NCBI GenBank assembly: GCA_038890615.1
Contig: JAWAFI010000003.1
Span: forward strand, 20,807 to 84,806
Length of the DNA: 64,000 nucleotides
Direction of reading: 5' to 3'
DNA from: Candidatus Anstonellales archaeon
Lineage (GTDB): Archaea; Micrarchaeota; Micrarchaeia; Anstonellales; J096
The stretch's first letter is position 1. Each line of letters starts with the position of its first letter. Below the pieces are notes generated by a model, which worked only from the letters and a program-made list of their open reading frames with translations, was not told the origin of the DNA and did not search any database. Below are positions 47,549-56,513 of the stretch, in pieces. Both the position numbers and the translations under genes were made by a program.

Positions 47549-48080
47549 CAGAAAACACCTCTGCCTCAAAAACATAGAGCTTGGCGCTATTAAATTCTTT
47601 TGGCGACATGCCTGCCTTATGCATTAAGGCCTCAAGGAATTCCTCCCTTCCCATTGAATTCTCGGTAGCGACCTGCGGAAGAAGAAGCCCTGCCTTCCAC
47701 CCTCCCTCAACCATTATCCCATGCTTCCCTGGGATTACCTCCTCTGGCCTCGCCTCCTTGAAGGGGGTCAATATGCTGATTTCAAAGCTAAGATGAGGAA
47801 GCTCAGGAGGCCGCACAGGGTAAAAGCGCGGATCCTCAAATGCAGCAAGATAGGCGCTCTTTACTACATTGAGGATTATCTCCCTCTGCTCAAGCACCCC
47901 CATGCAACCCCTAAGCTCCCCTCCTTTTGACTTGATTGTAGTGAAGCACATGCCTTTGGCAAGCAGGGCTTCTGAGATGGGCTTTGGGTAAGGTTCATAA
48001 AAACCATTTTGGGCGTAATCAGAAACTGTGGAGCGTGCAACCTTTAACAGAAAGGCTCTTTCTTTTTTTGAAAGGGTCAT
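47535..48080 (-). CDS. AMMECR1 / AmmeMemoRadiSam protein A
   Basis: LRGCMG, AAFEDPRF, EISILT, GKHGI, LLLPQVA. Confidence 0.92.
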   Translation of the reverse strand: MTLSKKERAFLLKVARSTVSDYAQNGFYEPYPKPISEALLAKGMCFTTIKSKGGELRGCMGVLEQREIILNVVKSAYLAAFEDPRFYPVRPPELPHLSFEISILTPFKEARPEEVIPGKHGIMVEGGWKAGLLLPQVATENSMGREEFLEALMHKAGMSPKEFNSAKLYVFEAEVFSDEAH

Positions 48081-48469
48081 CTCACAAGCACCCTTGTGCC
48101 ATCTTTCTGCAGGTACACTGTCTTTTTCTGGTTTATGTTCTCAAAGACAACCGTTGCGTTTACTCCTGCATCAACGAGAATTTTTGTGACTCTTTCAGTG
48201 TCTATTTCTTTCTTTAGGGTAACTACAGAGCACATCCCGTCTTTCTGCGCAGCGCAGTATGCAATCATTGAGGCAAGCGAATCCTCGCTTTCTATATCAA
48301 TTGAAGCCGAATAGTAAGGCTTGCATGGGGATAGCAGGAAAAGGGTTGAGGAAACAGAGCAATAGAAATTCTCTGCAGTTCCCCTAAGGATTGGCAGGAA
48401 CTCAAACAAAAGCGAAATGCTTATGAGAGCAATTATCACATAAGCAACTGTCCTTAGCGCTATCTCCAT
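48077..48469 (-). CDS. N-terminally anchored pilus-operon protein (alternative TTG start 48484)
   Basis: Hydrophobic N-terminal helix, Cys pairs, coupled by overlaps on both sides. Confidence 0.7.
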   Translation of the reverse strand: MEIALRTVAYVIIALISISLLFEFLPILRGTAENFYCSVSSTLFLLSPCKPYYSASIDIESEDSLASMIAYCAAQKDGMCSVVTLKKEIDTERVTKILVDAGVNATVVFENINQKKTVYLQKDGTRVLVR

Positions 48470-48801
48470 TACTCCTCCCTCCAAAGATAAACATAAACAA
48501 TCCCATTCTCTTTATATACTTTAAGGTTGTTGGGCTGGGTAGTGAACTTCATAACCCTGAAGTTTTCCTGCTTAAGGTCCTGCAAAGAGAGGGAGCCCTG
48601 GACACTCACGCTGCCCACATAGCATAGGCCATTGCATTCCTTAGAAAGCTCCTCTATCAAGTTCGCCATACCTTGGCTGTTTACATTGGTAGAAATGGGC
48701 TTTGACTGCTCCATATAGTATGAAAATAGGGTGAAAAGCACTGCAGTGGTGAAAAGTAGCACTACTATTTCTATGAGCGGCGCCTCGCTATAAGCCCTCA
48801 T
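48469..48801 (-). CDS. Pilin-like protein
   Basis: MRA|YSEAPLIEIVVLL class III-like N-terminus. Confidence 0.7.
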   Translation of the reverse strand: MRAYSEAPLIEIVVLLFTTAVLFTLFSYYMEQSKPISTNVNSQGMANLIEELSKECNGLCYVGSVSVQGSLSLQDLKQENFRVMKFTTQPNNLKVYKENGIVYVYLWREE

Positions 48802-50465
48802 ACCGCTGCTACCTCTGGCAGGAATGATAGAAGAGGGTAGGTAATTGAGAGCACTGCAACGTACACTATGAGCCCAATGGCTATGTTGGTTGATATGTTG
48901 GTTATGCCCAAGCCATACTTCACTGTATGCTCAAGATAGGAAACTATCACAACCATCTCTATAACATATATTCCTATTAGGAACTGGAGCATGTAAGCAG
49001 ATATGACTGTGGAAGAAGTAGAGAAAAGCGGAAGCCCCGTTATGCTGGGGAGAGCAAGGGAAGAGGTGTTGGCAGAAAGCAGGGCAAGGAACTTGACCAT
49101 CATTGTGCCCAGCCCTATTGCGATCCCGCCCACAAGCGGCACTATGAATATTCCTAAGAGATTCAATGTTGAGGTTATCTCAGAAAACAGCTCCTTTGTC
49201 TCGTCGTCCAGCTTCTGCAATGAGGTGGTGTAATCCTCTATGTGGAGCGCAACCTGCGCAGCGCCTTCTGAGCTTTGATGCCCGCTCTCTTTCAGAAGCT
49301 CAAGCATCGCTGTGTAGAACTGCCCCCCAAAAAGCATTTCCTTAGAAACCTCCTTCTCAGTGGTTTCATAAGGAATGCCGGCAGAGAAGTTTATGTAAAA
49401 CTTGTGGACAAGCTCCTTGAATTCCCTAAGCACCGTGTCCTTCTTGCTCAAAAGCGGCTCAAGGTGTATGCTTGAAAGCTTGAAGTAAACAAAAGCAGCT
49501 GCGCCAAGGCCGATCACTACTAGGACGCTTTTTACCAAAAGCGCAAAATCATCTTCAAAGTAATCGTGCATGGGTATTAGAAAGGTTGCAGATATTAGTG
49601 CAAACACAGCCATCGCTTGCAGATAGGGCTTTGGCTTATCAGAGGGGCGCACGAATAAGTTAAGCAGGCTAGGCGGCCTTTTCAGGAGCAGCCTTCTTGA
49701 ATATATATAAGTAGTTGCAGGGATGAAAACAACGAAAAGGATGAAAAGGAGCTGGTAGGGTATCTCCCTTGGAAGGAATATGGAAACAACAGGAAGCATT
49801 ATGAGAAGCATTAATGGGAGAAGGATAAGGAGTGAGAATGTTATCCTAAGCGGGTTGATGAAACTCTCCACATACTCTCTTAAGCTCCTCTTGTTCTCAT
49901 CTATGGAAAGCTCAAGTATTCTTCTTACAATATCCTTAAGCCCTTCAACGCTTTTTTCATTCACTGCGTCAGCAAGCTGCGAAACTGAATTGAAAAAAGT
50001 CGGCTCTATTATGGATATCTCCTTAAGCGCCTTTTGCAAGGAAGGGTATTTCCCTGTCTTAAGCGATAGGTTAACTTGCTTAAGGATAGGGGTTGTGCGG
50101 TTGTCGAGCACCTTTATTGAATGCTCTATTGCTTCCTCTACATTCCTTGTAAAAACGACCCTGACAGACAGGTAAAAAAGGGTCAAAAGGGAATCAGCCC
50201 TGAAGCTGCTTACCTTCGACAATGCTACATAAGAAGGGTAGGAATAGATATAGTACGTGATCAAAGCAGCTATTATGAATGCGAACCATTGGGGAAGCGC
50301 AAAACTAAGGGCTGCCAAAAAGAAAAAGAATGAAAGCAGCGAAAGGTTTGTCACGCCTTTTTCAAGGCCGGCGTAGCCAGCAAGGCTGCAATCCTCTTTT
50401 ATCCTGCCTGAAAGGATGCTTATGCTTGGGAAAGCAGAGAGGAATTTCAATAAGTCAAGGATCAT
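48798..50465 (-). CDS. Type II secretion F / TadC / ArlJ-like membrane platform protein
   Basis: Two soluble helical domains each followed by TM clusters; 4-nt overlap with the ATPase gene. Confidence 0.8.
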   Translation of the reverse strand: MILDLLKFLSAFPSISILSGRIKEDCSLAGYAGLEKGVTNLSLLSFFFFLAALSFALPQWFAFIIAALITYYIYSYPSYVALSKVSSFRADSLLTLFYLSVRVVFTRNVEEAIEHSIKVLDNRTTPILKQVNLSLKTGKYPSLQKALKEISIIEPTFFNSVSQLADAVNEKSVEGLKDIVRRILELSIDENKRSLREYVESFINPLRITFSLLILLPLMLLIMLPVVSIFLPREIPYQLLFILFVVFIPATTYIYSRRLLLKRPPSLLNLFVRPSDKPKPYLQAMAVFALISATFLIPMHDYFEDDFALLVKSVLVVIGLGAAAFVYFKLSSIHLEPLLSKKDTVLREFKELVHKFYINFSAGIPYETTEKEVSKEMLFGGQFYTAMLELLKESGHQSSEGAAQVALHIEDYTTSLQKLDDETKELFSEITSTLNLLGIFIVPLVGGIAIGLGTMMVKFLALLSANTSSLALPSITGLPLFSTSSTVISAYMLQFLIGIYVIEMVVIVSYLEHTVKYGLGITNISTNIAIGLIVYVAVLSITYPLLSFLPEVAAV

Positions 50466-52282
50466 TTAGCTAGCCTCCCTTTCAGCCAGAGCACGAACCT
50501 TTTGTAAAGTTCCCTGCTATCAGGATAGCCATTCTCAGCGTATAATTGGCTGCTTATCTGGTAGTATGCGTTGTTTGCCTCAACTATGAAGCTTGCCTCC
50601 CCCACCTCTGGGAAAGATGGGATTTTTTTGATTATTTCTTCTTTTATTGATGCCCTTGCTTTGAGGTGGCTGGAGAATTGGTCGGCATCCTTCCACTCTT
50701 TTACTGAAGAGCGGATGCTCTTGAGCATAGGGGTGTCTGCATTGTCAAAATGCTTTGTCGCAACAAGAGAGTCAGAGCTGGGCTCATAGCGGAAGAGCTC
50801 AACAAACGCATCTTCACCAAGCGGATCGTCCTTCCAATCTTTTTTTACCTCAACAACCGAGTAAACTACTCTTTTCTTCTTGAGGCCAAATGTCTTTATT
50901 GGCCTTGTAATTATTATGACATCTGTTGCTTTGAAGGATGTTGGCTTTACCCCGAGCTCGTTCACAACCCTGTCAAAAACACCGTATGGGGATTCTGCAT
51001 GGACAGTGCCTGCAACCACATTGCTAAGCGCCCCTACACGCATTGCCTCGTAGAGAACTCTTGCCTCTGTGCTCCTTATCTCCCCTATTATCAAGCAGGA
51101 ATCACCTAGCCTAAGGGCGCTCCTAAGGCCGTTTTCAGCAGTAACCTCACCTTCTGTTATTGAAAGCGGTGATTTTACTTTCAAGTGAAGCACATCGTAC
51201 CCATTCTTCCTCAAGCTCTCAAGAGGCAACTCCATAGTGTCCTCTATGATAATCATCCTGTACTTATTGGCAATCTCAAAGAGCGACGCGCCAAGGAAGC
51301 TGGTCTTGCCTGCCCCCCTGCTCCCTGCAATGATCATGGTCTTTGACTGTTCAAGAAGGAGGTCAAAGAATGCAGCAGCCATTGTGCTGAAGGCCTTCTT
51401 TTCAACAAGGAGAGGGTATGTCCAAGGCATGTCCCTATGCCTCCTTATCGAGAAAGCGAAATCCCTGCTAAGCGGGCTCCTTAAGAAAGTAACCCTTGCC
51501 CTAGCAGCAGAATCAAGCGCTGCGTCCAATGTTGGGTTTATGAAATCAAACGACCTCCTGCTGGATATCTTAAGCTTTGTCGCCCAGCTTTCAGCATCAT
51601 CCCTTCCAACATATATGTTTGAATTGCATTCCTCAAATTCGCTGTGAACTATTCTGAGAAAATCACCCGGGCCGTTGAAGTTTATGTCTTCTATATTCTT
51701 GTCCTGAAGCAAGGTGTCAAGCACGCCAAAGCCATAGGTGTGGCGCATTGCCACAGGGCTTCCTTTCTCAGCCGCTCCATCCCTGATGCTTTCCATCTCC
51801 TTCTTTATATTCTTAATCTCTTCAGCAGTGTAGGAAAGCTCTGATGGGATCAAGAAATATGTGTTCCTCAGGCCTTCAGAGAATATCAAAACTTCTGAGC
51901 CGTCTGGAAGCGTGTATTTGGAAATGGGCTTTGATGCAGGCCTGTCCAAAGAAAAAGTAGTTGAGGAGAATATGCTCACTCTCTCCCCAAAAAGCGTTTC
52001 ATACGGATCCTTGCCTTCAGGGCGCCCTTTCATAATCTCATTAAGCTTTTTGCCTGCCTTTGCAACAGGGTCTTGGTAGAACTCAGGGGCAAGCCCTTCT
52101 GCAAGCTTAAGGAGCATTTCTGCCTCTTCCTGCGTATAAAAGTAGTTTAGGCTGCCCTTCAGCATGAATGGCTGCACCCCTGACTTTAGCAGCTCCTCTA
52201 TTGCCCTCTGCCTTGCTTTTTTGCTGGTCCTGAGGCTTGGCCTTGCATCCTCAACCTCAATCTCAATGTGATGTCCAGACAT
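50462..52282 (-). CDS. Type IV pilus/secretion ATPase (TadA/VirB11/ArlI family)
   Basis: D.NIEDI, GSRGAGKT, IEDTMEL, LRLGDSCLIIGEIR, GTVHAES. Confidence 0.93.
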   Translation of the reverse strand: MSGHHIEIEVEDARPSLRTSKKARQRAIEELLKSGVQPFMLKGSLNYFYTQEEAEMLLKLAEGLAPEFYQDPVAKAGKKLNEIMKGRPEGKDPYETLFGERVSIFSSTTFSLDRPASKPISKYTLPDGSEVLIFSEGLRNTYFLIPSELSYTAEEIKNIKKEMESIRDGAAEKGSPVAMRHTYGFGVLDTLLQDKNIEDINFNGPGDFLRIVHSEFEECNSNIYVGRDDAESWATKLKISSRRSFDFINPTLDAALDSAARARVTFLRSPLSRDFAFSIRRHRDMPWTYPLLVEKKAFSTMAAAFFDLLLEQSKTMIIAGSRGAGKTSFLGASLFEIANKYRMIIIEDTMELPLESLRKNGYDVLHLKVKSPLSITEGEVTAENGLRSALRLGDSCLIIGEIRSTEARVLYEAMRVGALSNVVAGTVHAESPYGVFDRVVNELGVKPTSFKATDVIIITRPIKTFGLKKKRVVYSVVEVKKDWKDDPLGEDAFVELFRYEPSSDSLVATKHFDNADTPMLKSIRSSVKEWKDADQFSSHLKARASIKEEIIKKIPSFPEVGEASFIVEANNAYYQISSQLYAENGYPDSRELYKRFVLWLKGRLAK

Positions 52283-52910
52283 AAAAATCAAACCTGTATG
52301 GCGATGACCCTATAAGGTAATGTGAGTCATCGCATGCAATATTTATAAGAGTTCCATTCATTCCAATCTTATCTTCACAGTCCCCATAAGCCAATGGGCC
52401 TGTCTTTTTTGAGACTACTTTGCACTTTATCGACCCATCCTCAGGCATCATTGGATTCAGGTTGTTTTCAACTATGTAATCAATAGTAGCAGCTGAAATT
52501 GGGCTAGAAGTCACCCAGTTGCCTATGGTGGCGTATATCGGGATATACCTGCTCCCATCCCTAAGAAGATAGGTCTTGCTTCCTTCCTCAACCTTTATTA
52601 TTACTGGGCTGTCCATGTAGACCTCTGCAGAATAATTGGCGAATGGAATGAGAAGCTCTGCGTATGCCTCCTCTATGGTGCCAATGTTTGGGCGGTCGCA
52701 GTACCAAAGCTTTTCCTTGCTCAAAAAACCTCCGTGCCTACCTAATGATATAAGGTTTTCCTCATAAGCATACCTCAATTGGGCTTTGCGCTCAAATAAG
52801 CTTTTGTCAAAAGAAGGCGTCTGGAGGGAGGGAGTAGGAAGCATGAAAAGGTACAACGTAACCACCAAAATTACAGCATAAACAAGCACAGAAGCGGCGT
52901 TGCCCCTCAT
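52263..52910 (-). CDS. Pilin-like protein
   Basis: MRG|NAASVLVYAVILVV. Confidence 0.7.
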   Translation of the reverse strand: MRGNAASVLVYAVILVVTLYLFMLPTPSLQTPSFDKSLFERKAQLRYAYEENLISLGRHGGFLSKEKLWYCDRPNIGTIEEAYAELLIPFANYSAEVYMDSPVIIKVEEGSKTYLLRDGSRYIPIYATIGNWVTSSPISAATIDYIVENNLNPMMPEDGSIKCKVVSKKTGPLAYGDCEDKIGMNGTLINIACDDSHYLIGSSPYRFDFYVWTSH

Positions 52911-53323
52911 TCCTGCACCTCAAGGATTATTGAATAGCCCTCAGGCATATTGAAACTGTAGATGTGGGTGTAATTGATAGTATAGTTTGAAGAGTCAATC
53001 ACTTCCTCATCATACATCACCTTGTAGTTGTAGTACGAGTAATACTTGGATAAGTAGGAGTTGATCTTGGCAGAGACATTCCACTGCTGGTAGGTGCCCC
53101 ACCTATGCCCTTCTATTACTTCAAGGAAAAGTTCCTTATTCAGAGACGGATCCCAAGAGAGCATTGTAGCTGCAAGAGCTGATTCAGCATACATCCTGCG
53201 CTCGCTGTTGGCTATTGAGAAATCAAGCGCTGTTGCATCTGCATAATTTTTGTAGGTAAGAGTAAGGAAAGATAGCGTGAGGAGAAGGGCAAACAAAACG
53301 ACTGACATATAATCATCTATCAC
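52907..53323 (-). CDS. N-terminally anchored pilus-operon protein
   Basis: Hydrophobic N-terminal helix, 4-nt overlaps on both sides. Confidence 0.7.
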   Translation of the reverse strand: MIDDYMSVVLFALLLTLSFLTLTYKNYADATALDFSIANSERRMYAESALAATMLSWDPSLNKELFLEVIEGHRWGTYQQWNVSAKINSYLSKYYSYYNYKVMYDEEVIDSSNYTINYTHIYSFNMPEGYSIILEVQE

Positions 53324-53889
53324 CCTATCACCTCAACTATGCCATAAGAGTTGTAAATCCTTATCCAATGGTAGCCTGGGCTTAGGGTTGTTGTGCGGGC
53401 AGTGCAGGGCAAGGAGAAGCACTCAGAAGGGGAGCATATATCTCCTGAAATCTTAATAGGCTCATCTATTTGTATGAAACCTTTGTAATCCTGCCCCTGG
53501 CAGGCAAGCATTATAAGCGAAGATAGCTTTTTTGCAGAGGTGGATTTGTAACTTATGCCTATGAAACCTCCTCTTGGGGCCATATATGAATCATCATAAA
53601 TGAGTGCAGGAATATACTGCGCCCCTTCAGTAGAAAGGAACCCGAAATCAATGATCTCAAGTGGCTTGCATCTTTTTGCATCATGATAAAGGGTTATAGA
53701 ATCATATGCGCGGCCACAGGAATAGAGAGATTTAAAAACCATCATAGCTTCTGCCTTCATAAAGTAGTAGTCGAGCATTATATCCCTGTGGTAAAGGAAA
53801 TCTGAAACAATAAGGCAGAACACAGAAAGGCTAAGCATTGCTATTGCAAGCGTGACCACTTTTGTGAAATACCTCATTGAACCTCGCAT
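53320..53889 (-). CDS. Pilin-like protein
   Basis: MRG|SMRYFTKVVTLAIAML; GGAGG SD; Cys-rich C-terminus. Confidence 0.7.
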   Translation of the reverse strand: MRGSMRYFTKVVTLAIAMLSLSVFCLIVSDFLYHRDIMLDYYFMKAEAMMVFKSLYSCGRAYDSITLYHDAKRCKPLEIIDFGFLSTEGAQYIPALIYDDSYMAPRGGFIGISYKSTSAKKLSSLIMLACQGQDYKGFIQIDEPIKISGDICSPSECFSLPCTARTTTLSPGYHWIRIYNSYGIVEVIG

Positions 53890-54209
53890 GCATAGCCCTC
53901 CTTTATGCATATGTGCGTTGTTGAGTTGTTAGAATAGGAGCCATAGCCGAAATAAGGCACAATGACAGAATAAGAGCTGTCCTTAAGGCGCAGGTAGCCG
54001 TCCCCAATGCTAACCTCATAAGGTTCTGATAAGTTCTGTTCTACAAAATCATTCTGGGAAATTGCAAGCGAGAGCGAGAGCGCCCTCTCCTTTAGCTTTA
54101 TGAAACCAGCCCTTTCAACCGTAAGCGAGATAAGTGAAAGGCTGAGCACTGCTACCATAAACATAACTGCAATAGTGCCCATCTCGAGCACATACTCCTC
54201 AGTGGCCAT
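53874..54209 (-). CDS. N-terminally anchored pilus-operon protein
   Basis: GGTGGAGG upstream; hydrophobic helix followed by a short beta domain. Confidence 0.7.
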   Translation of the reverse strand: MATEEYVLEMGTIAVMFMVAVLSLSLISLTVERAGFIKLKERALSLSLAISQNDFVEQNLSEPYEVSIGDGYLRLKDSSYSVIVPYFGYGSYSNNSTTHICIKEGYACEVQ

Positions 54210-54642
54210 ACCTCCACCTGACATCAAGGGAAGTGTAATTCGAGTAGATGCTTATGGTATAGGGTACGAAGTAGGAGGAGGTTAGCTCTGATGTCTTCTT
54301 CATGAATTCTTGGGAGAAGCTTACCTCATTCATGTTAAATGAGTAGCAGTTTGTGTTAGTGCAGAAAGTTGAGGTGTTTGTTTCAAGGCAGAAGTAGCTC
54401 CCATTGGAATAGATTTTCTGGGTATTGTAAGGAATGTCAAGCTCTCTCTCCATCTGAGCCCCCAATGGGGAATGGCAGGCATCCCTTATATAAGTTGCCG
54501 CCTTTGCTGAAACCCTGCTTGCTGCGTCATCAAGGTAGAGTGTTGTAAAGTTTGAATAAAGGCTCAAAAAGACCAAAATTATGAAGGAAGCTACAATGAT
54601 TCCGGCAAGAAGCCATATCCACTGGCTTACAAAGCCCTTCAT
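54199..54642 (-). CDS. Pilin-like protein
   Basis: MKG|FVSQWIWLLAGIIV. Confidence 0.75.
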   Translation of the reverse strand: MKGFVSQWIWLLAGIIVASFIILVFLSLYSNFTTLYLDDAASRVSAKAATYIRDACHSPLGAQMERELDIPYNTQKIYSNGSYFCLETNTSTFCTNTNCYSFNMNEVSFSQEFMKKTSELTSSYFVPYTISIYSNYTSLDVRWRYGH

Positions 54643-54643
54643 G

Positions 54644-55234
54644 CTAAGAGCAGCTCAAGGTTCCTGCTTCTTTTTTGAAACCAAGCTCATACCAATGGAG
54701 AGGTTGGGTTAGCCTGTCATAGCACGCCCCAGGGTCCATCCTCTGGTTAAGGATTCCGTCAACCTGCGTGCCGCTGAGCCCAAGCGATTTGTAGTGGGAG
54801 CATATAGCCTCCTTGCATTCCTTTGCATCAATCTTCGGCGCTTCAGAGGTGCATGAGCACTGGGTTATTAAGAAGCAAGGTATTTTCTCTTCGCAAGTGC
54901 CCATCCCTGAAAGGGAAACTGATATGGCTGGGTTGTCCACATAGCCGCCTATCTTTCCATCAGCGTTTAGGTCTATGCCCTGCGATGTGTAGCTGCAGAA
55001 TTCTACAAGCTGCGCGTTCTTGCACTGCTCCTGCTTGTATATAAGGCACTTGCTCTCGCACATCTGCTTGAACTTGTCAAACTGGCCTTTTATCTGCTGC
55101 TGTGCCTGTATGTCCTGCAGAAACTGCGTGCCCTCTGTCATGAATTTTTCAAATATTTGGATCACAACAAAAGCAACAATGAGCAAAACGAAAAGTACTA
55201 TTACCAATTCTATTGCCTTGCTTTGTCCTTTCAT
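54644..55234 (-). CDS. Class III signal-peptide protein, Cys-rich
   Basis: MKG|QSKAIELVIVLFVLL; about a dozen Cys; EF-hand-like DLNADGKI loop. Confidence 0.8.
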   Translation of the reverse strand: MKGQSKAIELVIVLFVLLIVAFVVIQIFEKFMTEGTQFLQDIQAQQQIKGQFDKFKQMCESKCLIYKQEQCKNAQLVEFCSYTSQGIDLNADGKIGGYVDNPAISVSLSGMGTCEEKIPCFLITQCSCTSEAPKIDAKECKEAICSHYKSLGLSGTQVDGILNQRMDPGACYDRLTQPLHWYELGFKKEAGTLSCS

Positions 55235-55240
55235 ATTCAA

Positions 55241-55678
55241 TCACTCCCAAAGGGTTATGGTTATGTCGCTAATGCAGTGGCTATTTAAATAATTAACTGC
55301 GACATGCTGGGTTGATGTTTTGAAAGAGGCCCCAACAGGTGTTTCGCCAAGGAAAGATTCCTGCGGGCACCTTGCAGTTGGCTGATCTCCAGTATACTTT
55401 ATGTAAACAGAAACGCGGTAGTTGGTGTTTGCAAGGCCAGCCAGCGCCTCTGGGTTGTCCCTGAAATAGGCAACTTTGTCAGGGTTTATGTAGCCATTGG
55501 TAAGAAGCCCCCTGTCACTCATTAAGATATCAGAAACCTTGTTCATCTCCATCCCTGCGCTCTGCATCCCTAGGAACTGCGCCCTTGCGGTGCCCCAGTA
55601 GGTGAATATAAGCATAATTGCCATTATGAATATAAGGGCAGCAACTATCGAATCAAAGCTGAAGTATTGGCCCTTCAT
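55241..55678 (-). CDS. Class III signal-peptide protein
   Basis: MKG|QYFSFDSIVAALIF. Confidence 0.82.
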   Translation of the reverse strand: MKGQYFSFDSIVAALIFIMAIMLIFTYWGTARAQFLGMQSAGMEMNKVSDILMSDRGLLTNGYINPDKVAYFRDNPEALAGLANTNYRVSVYIKYTGDQPTARCPQESFLGETPVGASFKTSTQHVAVNYLNSHCISDITITLWE

Positions 55679-56106
55679 TTGCATCCCTCTGTTATATATA
55701 TCGTGCCGTTCTGGGAGTGTGAAAACTTGAGCACACCTTTAGAGGTGTCAATCTCACAGTAGTTTGGGCTAAATGTTACATTTACTAATGGGTAAATGAA
55801 GCCTGCTACTGCAACATCACCTTGGAAAAGCGAGACACCAAGCATCTTATTGCTGTAAGTAACATTTACACCCTGGAAATCTGTTGGCGAAAAGAAGTAT
55901 GTGTAGTTGAAGCCAGGACCCCCTGCATATGCTACCTCAAATGCATTTGCCATTGAAGCCCCTGCCTCATATAGAAGCAAATTCTTGTAGTGGGTGTTCT
56001 CTGCCTGCTGTATTGAGAGCAAGGAAACAAGCCCAACAGTTGCTATGAGTATGAATATGGCTGCATAGAGCATGAATTCTGTTGATACCTGAGCCTTTGC
56101 CATCAT
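55675..56106 (-). CDS. Class III signal-peptide protein
   Basis: AKA|QVSTEFMLYAAIFI. Confidence 0.85.
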   Translation of the reverse strand: MMAKAQVSTEFMLYAAIFILIATVGLVSLLSIQQAENTHYKNLLLYEAGASMANAFEVAYAGGPGFNYTYFFSPTDFQGVNVTYSNKMLGVSLFQGDVAVAGFIYPLVNVTFSPNYCEIDTSKGVLKFSHSQNGTIYITEGCK

Positions 56107-56513
56107 CCGCACCTCCCTGGGGTTACTTCTACATCGCCGTCCTTGTTGCGGAGGCAGAGCGTCACTGTGCCTGAAATTGCTTTGCCCTCAGAAGCATAAA
56201 TGAGGTTTGGCATTGTGTAAGTGACTATTTCGTCACCAGTCGAAAGCTTTGCCTTTATCTCCTTGCCCTCTATGGTGAAATCATTTACCGAATATGGCAG
56301 CATAAGGGTAACCTCTTCCATTGCAGTGTTTCCTCCAAGGTAAACCCTATTTGCAGTGTCTTCCAATATATTTAAAGCGGCTCTGGCCTGCGCCTTTGAA
56401 AGCTTCTCCTCATTGAGCTGCGCCATTGTAAGCGCAAGGAAAAGGACTGGAAGCAATAAGGCTATGAATGTTGCAAGCGAAAAGAGCATCTCCATTGAGG
56501 ATTGGGCTTTCAT
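56103..56513 (-). CDS. Class III signal-peptide protein
   Basis: MKA|QSSMEMLFSLA; N.VY.GG motif. Confidence 0.85.
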   Translation of the reverse strand: MKAQSSMEMLFSLATFIALLLPVLFLALTMAQLNEEKLSKAQARAALNILEDTANRVYLGGNTAMEEVTLMLPYSVNDFTIEGKEIKAKLSTGDEIVTYTMPNLIYASEGKAISGTVTLCLRNKDGDVEVTPGRCG

